Below are positions 21,101-30,267 of a stretch of DNA of 64,000 nucleotides, one piece after another. This DNA is from a virus. Within the stretch, counting starts at the first letter, position 1; each line of letters begins with the position of its first letter. The stretch is taken from positions 34,439-98,438 of IMG/VR virus record IMGVR_UViG_3300021197_000592. One strand, 5' to 3'. The translations under genes and the position numbers were made by a program. The notes beneath the pieces were generated by a model. That model searched no databases. It worked only from the letters and a program-made list of their open reading frames with translations, and was not told the origin of the DNA.

Positions 21101-24100
21101 TATTGCTAATGCGAAACTAGCAAACTCTAGCATTACCGTAAGTGATGGCTCTAACTCAACTGCTACTGCTCTTGGTGGAACGATTACCTTTGCAGGTACG
21201 AGTAATGAAACAACTGTAGCAGAAAGTAGTGGTACAGTTACAATAGGATTACCGGATGCGATAACTGCTAATGTTACTGGTGACTTAACAGGTAATGCTG
21301 ATACGGCAACTGCATTAGCAAATGCAAGAAACATCGGTGGAGTATCATTTGATGGAACTGCAAACATCAACTTACCGGGAGTAAACTCGGCAGGTAATCA
21401 ATCAACTTCAAGTCACGCAAGGTTCCTTTATTCTAATGATGATAGAGATTTAGCCCCCGAAGATTTGACTTATGGTAGATATGTGCATACGTTTTTCAGC
21501 ACTAAAACGGGTTTAACTACGGGTTCAGCAGGTTCAGATTATGTAGATGCAATAGTGCTAAACACTTATTCAGGACAAAGCGGTGGTGATGCAAACGTTC
21601 TCGCCTTTAACAAAAACGCAAGTTCCCCCGCTATTTATCATTACACGGCAGACCAAGCCGGTACTAATTGGGGAACGCCAAAAACATTAGCATATACTGA
21701 TAGCAATATTACAGGTAATGCCGCTACTGCAACTACTGCAACTGCTTTGGCAAATGCACGAACAATTAGCGGAGTATCATTTGATGGTTCTGCGAACATA
21801 AACCTAGTTACAGATAGTAGTGCTAACACCAACTTCCCTGTTGTTTTCACAAACGAAACCAGTGGTGCATTGCATGATGACACAGGAGCATTACGATACA
21901 ATCCTTCTACTGGAACTCTACTTGTTCCTAATTTGAATGTATCAGGAACCACTACTCAAGTGAATACTGTGACGATGGAAGCGGCGAATGCCATTGTGTT
22001 TGAAGGAGCGACATCTGATGCATATGAGACTACTCTTACAATAACAGACCCTACTGCGGATAGGACAATTACTCTGCCAAATGAAACAGGAACACTCGCA
22101 TTAATTTCCGATGTAACTTCTGCGGCAGGAGATGGAGTTACTCTAGCAAATGGTGTAGATAACAGAATAGTCACGGCTACTGGTGCGGCGGCATTGAATG
22201 GTGAGGCAAACCTAACATTCGATGGAAGCGTATTAACTGCACCTGCAATAACAATGGGTAATATTAAACTAAGAAGCACTAATGAAATTGAAACAGATAG
22301 TGGTGCAATACATCTACAATACAATACGGGTAATGCTGTCAATATCGGGTATGCTAGTTCAGACTCAATCCTAGCGCATTGGGGAGAATATGATTTAACA
22401 GGTAGAATACATATTGATAGAAATGTAGATTCTGCTACTGATGCAACGGGTTCTGCTGCTATATTCATTGATTATGATTCATCAGGAACTAATACTCCCG
22501 GTCAAGATAATGAGCATTATGCAATTTATATTGACCAAGATAACTCATCAACTGCTGGTGGTTCAGGTTCAGATGAAATAGAGATGGCAGGTATTTACGT
22601 TGACCAAAGACAAAGCGGTGATGCTAACAGACAATATGCTTTCCAAAGTTATCAAGAGTATGAACCTTCAACTGCACAAACTATTCATTCAATGGCTGCT
22701 GTGAGGACTTCTGTTAATTCTCATATGACTCATGCTAGTGCTACTTTAAGCAGCCTATATGGTCATTACAGCGATGTAAGAATAGAAAAGAATGGAGTTA
22801 ACACCAATTCCTATGCTGAATATAACTACATTGAAGTTAATGATGATAGGGAAAGTGATGTAGGGAACATCTATGGTTCATATAACCAAGTAGATATTGA
22901 AGGTGGTAATAGCAATTCAATATCAACAGGATATGTATATGGTGGTAGATACACAATAGACCACAACGATGACTCAGTTACCACCGCACATGGTTATCTC
23001 ATGTATCTTGATTGGCAAGGTGCTGCCAACGTAACTAATCCTTGGGGATTATATGTTACTGGTGAGACAAAGAATTACTTCTCAGGTAATGTCGGTATAG
23101 GCACTACGAGTCCTTCTGAAGCCCTGCACATTAGAAGTTCTAGCGACCATCCATTAGTATTGGAAAATGACCAAAATGCCGCTTATGTTGGTATCCAATT
23201 CAGCGACCACGCAGGAGGAAGTTATGCACAGAAGGGCGAGTTCAGATTCAATCACGCAGATGGTTCATCACAAGGTAGTGGTGCTTCGTTCACCTTTACT
23301 ACAACAGAATCAGACTTGAGTATAATTGGTGGTAAATTCATCAGCGCAGTTGGTTCAGCGAGTGAACCCGGATTTGGATTTAGTGGCGATGTGGATAATG
23401 GTATGTTCCATCCGGCAACAAATGAAATAGCATTTACTACCGCAGGGGCGGAAGCAGTAAGGTTAGATGCTTCAGGTAATGTCGGAATAGGCACTACGAG
23501 TCCCGATTATGCATTAGACGTAGCAGGTAATATCGGTGTAGACAATATAATTTATCATAATGGAGATGGTAATACTTACCTCAATTTCCAAGACGATGAT
23601 TTCAGAATTGTTGTAGGGAATGATTTAGCGTTCCATTATGATGAATCGGGTACTTCTGTCTTGCACCTATCGTATAACGGGGAAGCAGACGTAAACATTG
23701 GTAATGGTCATTTCTTCTTCGGAGGTTCACAAGGTTCGTATGATACTAAAATGGGAATAGGCACTACTGCTCCCGGTAAAACTCTACACGTTTCTGATGG
23801 TTCAACAAGCGGAATTACAGGTGGGACTAATGCCGCCTTATTGATTACTGATGATGCTAACCCGCGTATTTACTTTGAAGATGTAGGTGAGGGTTCAGGC
23901 GATAGAGTCATGGATATAATGTATGATTCTGAATCATTATCGTTTAACTCCCTAAATGACGCGGCATCTGCATATGATACTCAAAACATAATGGTGATAA
24001 ATCGAGATGGTAATGTCGGAATAGGCACTTCAAGCCCTGATGGTAATTTGCATATATCATCAGGAACTTCGGGAGATTGCACAGTTATCATAGGGGCAGA

Positions 24101-24905
24101 TACAGATAACAATGCAGAAGGAGATGTGCCTCGTCTTTGGTTTAGAGCAGATAACAACATAAACGAAGGTGCTATTCAACTGAGTGATAACGAATTAGAT
24201 ATCATATCAAACGCCAATACAAATAGCGCAATAAGATTCCTAACCGGAACTACTAGCAATACAGGAACAACCGACCCCGCTACAAGCGCATCTGAAAGAA
24301 TGAGAATTACATCTGCTGGTAAAGTTGCAATAGGTAGTACAAGCGCAACTGCCACACTAGATGTGACAGTCGTAGGAAGCAACACTAGCACAAGTGGTAT
24401 TGCTTTCGGTGATGCCAGTAAAGGATATTTGGCCGCAGGTTCAAGTTACGTTTCATTCGCAACAAATGACGGCACTACAAGAATAGCCATAGACAATGGT
24501 GGAGATAATGTAGGGAACGTAGGGATAGGAACTACAACTCCTACACATAAACTAGAGGTAAATGGTTCATTCGCCGCAACTACCAAGTCTTTCGATATAG
24601 AACACCCAACGAAAGAAGGCAAGAGATTGCATCACGGTTCTCTTGAAGGGCCGGAACACGGTGTCTACATCAGAGGTAGATTAGAAGGAGACACAATAGA
24701 ACTACCTGACTACTGGCTAGGTCTAGTTGATGAGGATACAATCACAGTTCAACTAACTCCTAACAAGGGATTCCAACAGATTTACGTTGACCACATAGAG
24801 GACAACAAGGTGTATGTCGGAACTCAGACTGATACTCCGATAGACTGCTTCTACTTCATACAGGCAGAGAGAAAGGATGTCGAGAAAATGGTGGTGGAAT
24901 ACTAA
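15117..24905 (+). CDS. Giant tail fibre/adhesin (3262 aa)
   Basis: Repeats AKIADDAV, GNADTATALAxARxIxGxSFDG, QLAGSIANAKLANSS, GNVGIGTTSP; C-terminal KSFDIEHP..HGSLEGPEHGVYIRG domain common at marine phage fibre ends. Confidence 0.85.
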   Translation: MVNSNPGFLTTLSATPNTRIVDGTDNIHSGIINALNVATGGNAVISGFNITQEDGGTYTQYDVATGKILRDGILVSVSARSDIAPGVGARADNDWYATVVVDSSNVIQIRTGGSGVSTASVSTLTASDIPVAIIKYPAGTDHDAVDRPVQFLGYNGSTRGLSILNSGSETLRINANATLTKGSATLTLPSSTGTIALTSDITYTSAISEGNSGLIPSGGVGTSNIANDAVTYAKMQNVSGTDKILGRDSSGAGIVEEMTPANVRTMLGIETGATADQSDAEIETAYHNQVAQVSSAERTAGNSTAIKRYTPADIKSMIDAHQTDTNTDVTVANLKTKLNSDFGGDFTIGTQSNDTAILSGHLTVGGNLTVNGATQTINSTVVTIDDPVFTLGGDSAGTNDDKDRGIEFKWHDGANPKVGFFGFDDSVGKFTFIPDSTNSSEVFSGTAGTIVANLEGAVTGNASTATALATSRNFSITGDVTAGAIGFTGAGNVALSTTLADDAVATAKIADDAVTSAKIADATIATGNLADDSVTFAKMQDTSTNNRVLGATTAGTIGEVQVATAMVADDAITSAKIADDAVGADQLASNAVVNASVASNAAIAQSKIDGLVSALSGKEPSQTIGDGLDRTSATLKVDIDGLTIENGIDRTADFIMYDDATNGLRRINPANLFGLLIASDVPDISSAYRATGTALVNADISNSAAISADKIADGSTNKVFTATLKSKLDGVAAGATAGADWSSNVSNISVANSQLAGSIANAKLANSSVTINSNSLNLGGTLTLDTDDFAEGTNKFYTDERVDDRVNTLITDGEGITTTYNDSSNTLTLAAELATTSNKGVASFSSAHFDVTSGAVSIKAASISDSQIASNGSIAQSKIANLVSNLSDKIENLGDLSITSSATELNVLDGIPATLTATELGYVDGVTSAIQTQLNSKLSSVAVADLTDINSLSTSINTNSTHTQLATAKAVKDYITQQQVEDRTYTISATLDGGSTPLLTISDQFGGSSTVAVTGGDRITTTVISDRLHISDSGKGGVASAAFNQGLLTLTHDDGTTTTATVPDSTTDAHGLMTDDQFDKLAAIEAQADVTDKANVVASLGLLNESDTLYLGDAGNDTTVRVRGNFFVDGTTTTINQTEINVQDAIKFEGQTADDHETILRIIDPTADRVISLPDITGTVVTTGDSQTIATGMIANLGVTTGKIASNAVSSGKLATGAVATAKIADDAVTGAKIDFIDDSIAATDTHIMVADGTDYNNVAMSGDATLANDGVLTIANLAVETGMLANLGVTTAKIAADAITGAKIADDAINSEHYTNGSIDEAHIADNAVTVSKISGLTSLGSGTVISSAERTKLSGIATSADVTGTTNVNAAGAVMHTDIPDSDTGFVKRTGSETYDIDTNTYLTSLAVTGLSDIAQLEQNLASITDDHAGLATAKAVKAYVDSIPGGVGGMSFVLEDGDGTELTIADSKEIKFVPASSLLTINWTDVDNGTDADPYDLTFTVDNDLANYDNSSSSFATTTALTNATAATAITGKVLTNLGSGTGGAIAAGDTILAAMQKLETRTALNDAKVTNTDVNVNVSNLTARLPQITESVTIGDATDVTVTTSGALVVTGNLTVNGTTTTLDTTNLAIEDKNIVLGTGNSGSEVLDATGLTLEGGSGDDVTFQYNASADRMELKHGSAFEDFKAGTILAAFTGDLTGDVTGNADTATTLATARSIAGKSFNGSADITIATTDLSDISALDTDLSSVSANDDSLASAKAIKAYVDAQVDTEDTIAELNDTNIGSLSAGHLLIYDSTAGVFDNAIPTGSDTSTIDMTVTGGDGTLAISADLKDPNSLTEMTDDGASSTRTAATADQILVWEDDPGAFRKMTLANLSDFAVQNGAGGISTFKTISVSGQDDIVADDTADTLTLTAGSGITIANTAASDTIAFSIAAGAIANTMLANDSVSFGGVSLDLGQSDATPAFDLADATNYPTSSLSGTITNAQLAGSIANAKLANSSITVSDGSNSTATALGGTITFAGTSNETTVAESSGTVTIGLPDAITANVTGDLTGNADTATALANARNIGGVSFDGTANINLPGVNSAGNQSTSSHARFLYSNDDRDLAPEDLTYGRYVHTFFSTKTGLTTGSAGSDYVDAIVLNTYSGQSGGDANVLAFNKNASSPAIYHYTADQAGTNWGTPKTLAYTDSNITGNAATATTATALANARTISGVSFDGSANINLVTDSSANTNFPVVFTNETSGALHDDTGALRYNPSTGTLLVPNLNVSGTTTQVNTVTMEAANAIVFEGATSDAYETTLTITDPTADRTITLPNETGTLALISDVTSAAGDGVTLANGVDNRIVTATGAAALNGEANLTFDGSVLTAPAITMGNIKLRSTNEIETDSGAIHLQYNTGNAVNIGYASSDSILAHWGEYDLTGRIHIDRNVDSATDATGSAAIFIDYDSSGTNTPGQDNEHYAIYIDQDNSSTAGGSGSDEIEMAGIYVDQRQSGDANRQYAFQSYQEYEPSTAQTIHSMAAVRTSVNSHMTHASATLSSLYGHYSDVRIEKNGVNTNSYAEYNYIEVNDDRESDVGNIYGSYNQVDIEGGNSNSISTGYVYGGRYTIDHNDDSVTTAHGYLMYLDWQGAANVTNPWGLYVTGETKNYFSGNVGIGTTSPSEALHIRSSSDHPLVLENDQNAAYVGIQFSDHAGGSYAQKGEFRFNHADGSSQGSGASFTFTTTESDLSIIGGKFISAVGSASEPGFGFSGDVDNGMFHPATNEIAFTTAGAEAVRLDASGNVGIGTTSPDYALDVAGNIGVDNIIYHNGDGNTYLNFQDDDFRIVVGNDLAFHYDESGTSVLHLSYNGEADVNIGNGHFFFGGSQGSYDTKMGIGTTAPGKTLHVSDGSTSGITGGTNAALLITDDANPRIYFEDVGEGSGDRVMDIMYDSESLSFNSLNDAASAYDTQNIMVINRDGNVGIGTSSPDGNLHISSGTSGDCTVIIGADTDNNAEGDVPRLWFRADNNINEGAIQLSDNELDIISNANTNSAIRFLTGTTSNTGTTDPATSASERMRITSAGKVAIGSTSATATLDVTVVGSNTSTSGIAFGDASKGYLAAGSSYVSFATNDGTTRIAIDNGGDNVGNVGIGTTTPTHKLEVNGSFAATTKSFDIEHPTKEGKRLHHGSLEGPEHGVYIRGRLEGDTIELPDYWLGLVDEDTITVQLTPNKGFQQIYVDHIEDNKVYVGTQTDTPIDCFYFIQAERKDVEKMVVEY

Positions 24906-25669
24906 TGCACTACGGGCCGAAGATAGTCGTAGACAGTCTCGTATTCTGCTTCGATGCAGGTAGTGACAAATGCACAGATGCAGATGACGATTTGGCTAAT
25001 ATGAGAGACATTGGGCCAGTAGAGCATTCTTCTAGGACAGATAGGAGCATGGCTGGCGAGGGTATAACAGCGAATATCTCATTCCCGACTAATACAGGTG
25101 CGGCCAAGGCAATCAACACAGGAGTCACATGGAGAAGAAGCGATGATGACCCTGCTGACCCTTCTAATTTTAACAATAGAGTAGTAATGACCGATAATCT
25201 CGTATTCGCAGACGAATCTGCTTGGTCAATGGAGTTTTGGGCAAAGCCCGATTCTGATTCAGAACACACCTTCCTAAGTCTAGCAGGAAGGTCGGCAACG
25301 AATAACTGGATGATTTGGCAACAGGGAAGTAGCACATGGTATCCTCGTTATCGAGATAACAATTCTAATTATTACAGGGATAGTGCTAACACCAATGTTG
25401 CAGGACCGGATGACTGGCATCAAGTCGTGTTTACTGCTGATACAAGCAGAAACATCGGGTTCTATGTAGATGGTGCTTTGCTTGGTGGTACTACTCAAGC
25501 CGCAGATACACAAGCAACCGTGAATAGAATCATGGCTGGTTATTCCTCTGGAACTTCTAGGTATAATTTCCAAGGAAGTATGCTTTGTGCTAGAATCTAC
25601 GCTAAGACACTATCAGCCGCAGAGGTATTGCAGAACTTTAATGCCACAAGAGGGAGAGTGGGGATATGA
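24905..25669 (+). CDS. LamG/concanavalin A-like virion protein
   Basis: GPKIVVDSLVFCFDAG N-terminus; WSMEFW, WHQVVFT, FYVDG, RIYAKTLSAAEVLQNFNATRGR. Confidence 0.85.
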   Translation: MHYGPKIVVDSLVFCFDAGSDKCTDADDDLANMRDIGPVEHSSRTDRSMAGEGITANISFPTNTGAAKAINTGVTWRRSDDDPADPSNFNNRVVMTDNLVFADESAWSMEFWAKPDSDSEHTFLSLAGRSATNNWMIWQQGSSTWYPRYRDNNSNYYRDSANTNVAGPDDWHQVVFTADTSRNIGFYVDGALLGGTTQAADTQATVNRIMAGYSSGTSRYNFQGSMLCARIYAKTLSAAEVLQNFNATRGRVGI

Positions 25670-25884
25670 AGTATAGAATAAACGGAGTATCTTATACTGA
25701 GGAAGAATTACAGAGTATCATCTCTGGTACTAATCCAGAGTATTGTGATGAAGAGGGTAACCCAATAGTGGAGTATCAAGACGCCGCTTTGGTTGCGATA
25801 GAAGGAGGTAGTAGTTTCATTCCACTCACATTTGAAGAGGCTATGATTCAATCTAGATTATTATACACTACGGAGGAGGAATAA
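25666..25884 (+). CDS. Small acidic hypothetical protein
   Basis: 72 aa, translationally coupled on both sides (ATGA, TAATG). Confidence 0.6.
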   Translation: MKYRINGVSYTEEELQSIISGTNPEYCDEEGNPIVEYQDAALVAIEGGSSFIPLTFEEAMIQSRLLYTTEEE

Positions 25885-26063
25885 TGTCATTCCACAATGG
25901 TGCTAACGTAGTGACTGATGACATATTGATAAATCAGATTGTAGGCTCAAACACCGATGCTAACTTTCAAGGAGATGTTGCTCTATTCAGGCATTACGAT
26001 GTGGGATTGACAGGAGCAGAAGTAATACAGACCTACGAAGCGACTAGAGGTAGGTTTGTATGA
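25884..26063 (+). pseudogene. Internally deleted LamG paralogue (59 aa)
   Basis: MSFHNGANVVTD (LamG-gene N-terminus) is joined via a short linker to NFQGDVALFRHYDVGLTGAEVIQTYEATRGRFV (LamG C-terminus). Confidence 0.7.
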
Positions 26064-26182
26064 ATAAGGATTGCATTACAAGCACATTTCGCAGATTGGA
26101 ATTCAGGGATGTAATCAAGAGAGTAGAAGAAGAATATGCAGAAGAGCATTTGAATCCCTATATAGCATTGGAGGAAGAGTAA
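26060..26182 (+). CDS. Small acidic protein (40 aa)
   Basis: MNKDCITSTFRRLEF...IALEEE; ATGA overlap upstream, TAATG overlap downstream. Confidence 0.45.
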   Translation: MNKDCITSTFRRLEFRDVIKRVEEEYAEEHLNPYIALEEE

Positions 26183-26964
26183 TGGGTTTCGGTAATGGTC
26201 TTACTCTTGCTTCTCCCCACAGGATTCTCTTCAATGTAGATGCCAAGAATACTAAGTGCTATTCTGGTAGTGGTACAACCGTAACTGATTCTATCTCTGG
26301 AACCACTCTCTCATTGAACAATGGTGCGGCATTCTCCAATGGAGCGTTTGCCTTTGATGGTTCAAACGATGGACTGAAAGCAAGTGCGGTTATTCCCGGT
26401 ATGGATTTCCAATACACTCAGGAGTTCACGTTAGAAGTAGTCGCTAAGGTGAAGGAGACTGGTAATGGTTTTCTCATAAACAATAGAGGCGCAAGTGATG
26501 GTACGCAGAACTATCGTGGTTGGGCGTTATTCTCTTCCGGTAGTAGTCCCAATACGATTATCAAAGGGACTATCGGAATGTACAAGGATTCAGCACATCA
26601 TTGGGTTGGGACAGATTGCACCGCCGCAGATTTCACTAACATCGCATACGACAAATGGTGTCACATAGTCTACTCATACGCAGGTAATGGTATAGAGGCC
26701 AGTCTGTTTCTGAATGGTGTCGATAAGAGCGATTATGCCAACCCACCCAATGATAACACAGATGTGATTTATGATGCTAACAACGTAGCAGATACGATAA
26801 ACTACGATTCTGACAACCTGATTTCAATTGGTATAGATAGCGTGAATGACTCTTCCTACGCAAGTTATAGTGATATTGCAATCGCTAGAGTATATGATAT
26901 TGCGCTCACTCCAAAGGAAGTCTTGAAGAACTTCAATTCACTTAGAGGGAGGTTCGGATTGTAA
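26182..26964 (+). CDS. LamG/concanavalin A-like virion protein
   Basis: True start likely ATG 26182 (GGAGG RBS, TAATG). VDAKNTKCYSGSGT, FAFDGSND, WCHIV, RVYDIALTPKEVLKNFNSLRGRFGL. Confidence 0.85.
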   Translation: MGFGNGLTLASPHRILFNVDAKNTKCYSGSGTTVTDSISGTTLSLNNGAAFSNGAFAFDGSNDGLKASAVIPGMDFQYTQEFTLEVVAKVKETGNGFLINNRGASDGTQNYRGWALFSSGSSPNTIIKGTIGMYKDSAHHWVGTDCTAADFTNIAYDKWCHIVYSYAGNGIEASLFLNGVDKSDYANPPNDNTDVIYDANNVADTINYDSDNLISIGIDSVNDSSYASYSDIAIARVYDIALTPKEVLKNFNSLRGRFGL

Positions 26965-28280
26965 TGGGAGTAGCAGGTGGTTCTAATATCGCTACGCCTA
27001 GCAGTCTAGGTTTCTCCTTCGACCAATACAACAGTAAGTCACAGAAGGGCAAGGCTTCTATCAACGTAGTGCTGAATCAAAATCTACATGCTGGATGGTC
27101 ACAAAGTTATACAGAAGGAATAGAGTGGAATATGATTGACCCGCCAGTAGGTATTACTGCTCCTGTTGTGTCTTTTCACGATGATGGAACCGGAAATGGT
27201 TATTGGTATTCCTACGGTGACCATGCACCACAGGCTAACAGTACCCAATATTCATATTCCATATATGTGAAGACGACAGATAAGACTGGTGCAAATATTA
27301 GAATGTACACCGCAAACAATCAGGAGAGCGATAGGGTGACTCTAGCATACAAGTATTTCACACCCGAAGGTGAGACAAATTCCTCATATGTTCTGCTTAC
27401 TGGTGCAGACGAGAACTTAGCAGATGAGAGAGGATGGATTAGATTAGAATGGGACAATGCCTTTACCACTGATTCGGATTGTGATTCAGATAGCGTCAGT
27501 CACAGATACAATAGTCTTCAATCAGACCCACACATAGAGAGACTATATCTCTGCGCTCCACAATTAGAGGCGAATGATGTTTGCACTCCTTATGTTCCAG
27601 TAGAAGACTTTGCAAATCAGTTAACGAGGAAACAAACTCCGACCAGTGGGTATAATCTAACATCGGTGAGAGGCAATGCATTGCACAATCTAGTTACTAG
27701 TGACGCTACGGCAACTGAGAACGTGACTTTCTTGGGAGACAATACGATTACCTTCGCAAGCGGAAATAACTTCCAAACAGGAGATATATCCTATCCTACT
27801 GCATTTGACCAAGACTTCTCACTTGAGATATGGATTTACCATGACAGTAGTAATACTTGGGCGAATTCATACAGGGGGAGATTAGTCGGTAGGGGTTCCT
27901 ATGCAGGTTCACATGGATTATGGCGACACCCTACTAATGGAGTAGTTAGTGCGTGGGTCAGGTCTGGTGGAACTAGCAAGGAAAGAACGACTACTTTGAA
28001 TGATAATGCTTGGAATCATGTAGTGATGACATGGGCAAATGATTCTCTTTTGGCGATATACAAGAATGGGGAACTAGGGCAATCATATGCCCCCGGCGAT
28101 ATATCAGGAAATGCACCAGATACAGGAACTTGGATAGTCGGAGGTTCCGGTGCGGCAAGTGGGGCTTCTGGTAGCAACTATATTGGCAAAATCGCCAAAG
28201 TACAAATATACAAAAGTGCGCTCACAGCCAATCAGGTGAAGCAGAACTTTGCGGCGCATAGGGTGAAATTCGGGTTGTGA
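26964..28280 (+). CDS. Carbohydrate-binding + LamG virion protein
   Basis: YSYSIYVK..GWIRL..APQLE module followed by FSLEIW, WNHVVMTW, IYKNG, QIYKSALTANQVKQNF. Confidence 0.8.
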   Translation: MGVAGGSNIATPSSLGFSFDQYNSKSQKGKASINVVLNQNLHAGWSQSYTEGIEWNMIDPPVGITAPVVSFHDDGTGNGYWYSYGDHAPQANSTQYSYSIYVKTTDKTGANIRMYTANNQESDRVTLAYKYFTPEGETNSSYVLLTGADENLADERGWIRLEWDNAFTTDSDCDSDSVSHRYNSLQSDPHIERLYLCAPQLEANDVCTPYVPVEDFANQLTRKQTPTSGYNLTSVRGNALHNLVTSDATATENVTFLGDNTITFASGNNFQTGDISYPTAFDQDFSLEIWIYHDSSNTWANSYRGRLVGRGSYAGSHGLWRHPTNGVVSAWVRSGGTSKERTTTLNDNAWNHVVMTWANDSLLAIYKNGELGQSYAPGDISGNAPDTGTWIVGGSGAASGASGSNYIGKIAKVQIYKSALTANQVKQNFAAHRVKFGL

Positions 28281-28284
28281 TTAG

Positions 28285-29904
28285 ATGGCAGATAGTGACA
28301 AGGTAATTACGATAACGCCCAATACTAGCGTAGCGACTACGCACCCAGAAATCAAGTTCGTAGGGAAGGATAACTCTCCCATGTACCTGAGAGTATTGGA
28401 TGACAATTCACTGTCCTTTGAGGGAGCAGAAGGACAGGTCTTCTCAATGAGTCCCACTCTCTCTAGTGGAGATATATTCAGCGTGAATGATATCTCAGGA
28501 GTCCAAAGCATGTCAGTGAATGCTGATGGTACAATCACAATGGACGCTCAGACCAAATCAGTCACGATAAAGAACAACGCATCGGCCACTTCTACTCTCA
28601 TCCTAGAGAATACGAATGCTGATGCGGTTGATGGGCCTATATTGGAGTTCTATCGTAATACTCCTTCCCCCGCAGATGGTGATGATACTGGTGCTATCGT
28701 ATGGGCAATGAAGAATGACAATGGAGACAGACACGAATATGGTAGAATAGTCATGGAGTATAGCGATGCTTCTGATGGTAGTGAAGATGGTGAATTAATA
28801 TTCAAACTAACAGAAGCAGGTTCGGCAGAACAGGAGTTCATGAGACTTCGTGGTGGTTCTAGGCAGATTGAGTTGAATACTGCTCAAGATGACATAGACC
28901 TATGTTACAATTCTGATGCGACTGCTGATTTCTTCTACATCAATGCGAATACTCAACGGATAGGAGTTGGAGATGCAGGTACTGCTCCTGACTATCTATT
29001 ACACCTAGAGGGAATAGATGGTGGCAATGGAGAGTTATTTGTTGAGAGGGCTAGTGGTACAGGTATTCGTATTCAAGCACAGGCAAGTTTTGGGTCTATT
29101 GGGACTACAACCAATGACGATTTTGGTTTGATAAGTAATGGTTCAACTAGAGTGCATGTACAGAATGATGGCAAGGTTGGAATAGGTACTACTAGTCCGG
29201 GCGAACTTCTTCATCTAAGTAGTGGGGCGGCAGGGGATAGCGTTTCCTTGAAGGTCACAAATACTGATGATACTAATAACGCATCCATTGCTTCTCTTCA
29301 TCTTGAAAGCCAAAAGGGAACAGATAGCAATTTCTATATTGAGCATGATGCTTATGGTGTAACTAAATTCTATAACGGTCAGGGAGCAAAGACTCATGCT
29401 TTGACTATAAATGCGTCAGGAAATATAGACATAGTTGGAAAATTACAATCAACTAATGATGATGGTTGGAATCTTTTCCAGAAACTAACATTCGGTAAGT
29501 TGGATTACGGAACTGCCGCAGGTGGTGGTTCAGGACTTACTTCTTTTACTATTGATGACAATGAAGCAGGGACTGGTTCTGTTGGCATACCCAAAGACAT
29601 CACAATAAGAGCCGTACACTTTAGAACAAACGGAGTAGTTCTGTCTGGGACAACTGCACAGGTTTGGAGAATATTCGCAAATGGGGATGCAGGGCAAGGA
29701 ACGTTGACTAACATATCTCTTAACGCTGGCAACTTCACAAGGCAGAATTCCGAGAATGCTAATGCAACAGGACATAATTATGTTGTAACTGGCCTAAGTG
29801 CATCCTACGATGCTGGTGATGTTATGTCTGTAAGGAGAGAATCGGGTGCGGTAGATATGGGTGATGTATTCGTGGATATCTATTACAGTGTAGATAACGC
29901 ATAG
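28285..29904 (+). CDS. Tail fibre/spike-like protein
   Basis: GKVGIGTTSP repeats shared with the giant fibre; followed by fibre chaperone. Confidence 0.7.
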   Translation: MADSDKVITITPNTSVATTHPEIKFVGKDNSPMYLRVLDDNSLSFEGAEGQVFSMSPTLSSGDIFSVNDISGVQSMSVNADGTITMDAQTKSVTIKNNASATSTLILENTNADAVDGPILEFYRNTPSPADGDDTGAIVWAMKNDNGDRHEYGRIVMEYSDASDGSEDGELIFKLTEAGSAEQEFMRLRGGSRQIELNTAQDDIDLCYNSDATADFFYINANTQRIGVGDAGTAPDYLLHLEGIDGGNGELFVERASGTGIRIQAQASFGSIGTTTNDDFGLISNGSTRVHVQNDGKVGIGTTSPGELLHLSSGAAGDSVSLKVTNTDDTNNASIASLHLESQKGTDSNFYIEHDAYGVTKFYNGQGAKTHALTINASGNIDIVGKLQSTNDDGWNLFQKLTFGKLDYGTAAGGGSGLTSFTIDDNEAGTGSVGIPKDITIRAVHFRTNGVVLSGTTAQVWRIFANGDAGQGTLTNISLNAGNFTRQNSENANATGHNYVVTGLSASYDAGDVMSVRRESGAVDMGDVFVDIYYSVDNA

Positions 29905-29912
29905 GTGATAAT

Positions 29913-30236
29913 ATGGTTGAAGACGAAATAGAAGAAGAAGAAACACCAAGCAACCCAAGCAATGTCACGGTGCATTACAACGTAGGGCCGGGTCACTCGG
30001 AGTATGATGGAGATGCACATATTAGTTTTGCTTGGGATGAACTGAGAGCGAAAAGAAACTTCCGCTTGAAGAAAGTAGATGTGTATCAGGGTGTCTTACT
30101 TTACAACGCCTTGACAGAAACAGAACAAAACGAGTTGGCTACATACAGACAAGCACTTCTGGATTTGCCAAGTGACTATGATGACCCATATGAAGCAATG
30201 GCAAACCTACCAGCCAAACCATCTTGGCTAAATTAA
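29913..30236 (+). CDS. Phage tail fibre assembly chaperone
   Basis: WDELRAKRN-x-RL-x2-VD...ATYRQALLDLP...P-x-KPSW motif (Phage_tail_APC-like). Confidence 0.8.
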   Translation: MVEDEIEEEETPSNPSNVTVHYNVGPGHSEYDGDAHISFAWDELRAKRNFRLKKVDVYQGVLLYNALTETEQNELATYRQALLDLPSDYDDPYEAMANLPAKPSWLN

Positions 30237-30241
30237 CTCGC

Positions 30242-30259
30242 AATTCCACCAATGGAATT
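30242..30259. terminator. Hairpin at convergence of late and early transcription units
   Basis: AATTCCA-ccaa-TGGAATT, followed by T-tracts on + at 30273-30295. Confidence 0.5.
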
Positions 30260-30267
30260 TAGTCAGT

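Noticed and set aside
26071-26181. N-terminal 37 aa of the 297-aa LamG ORF
   Set aside because: A better start exists at ATG 26182 (RBS plus TAATG); the upstream part overlaps a coupled 40-aa ORF.
4195-29775. Numerous - strand ORFs in the tail region (and + strand ORFs in the replication block)
   Set aside because: Antisense shadows of long genes with biased codon usage; no motifs or RBS.
15117-29904. Diversity-generating retroelement targeting fibre/LamG genes
   Set aside because: No reverse transcriptase and no TR/VR pair differing at adenines was seen in the window.
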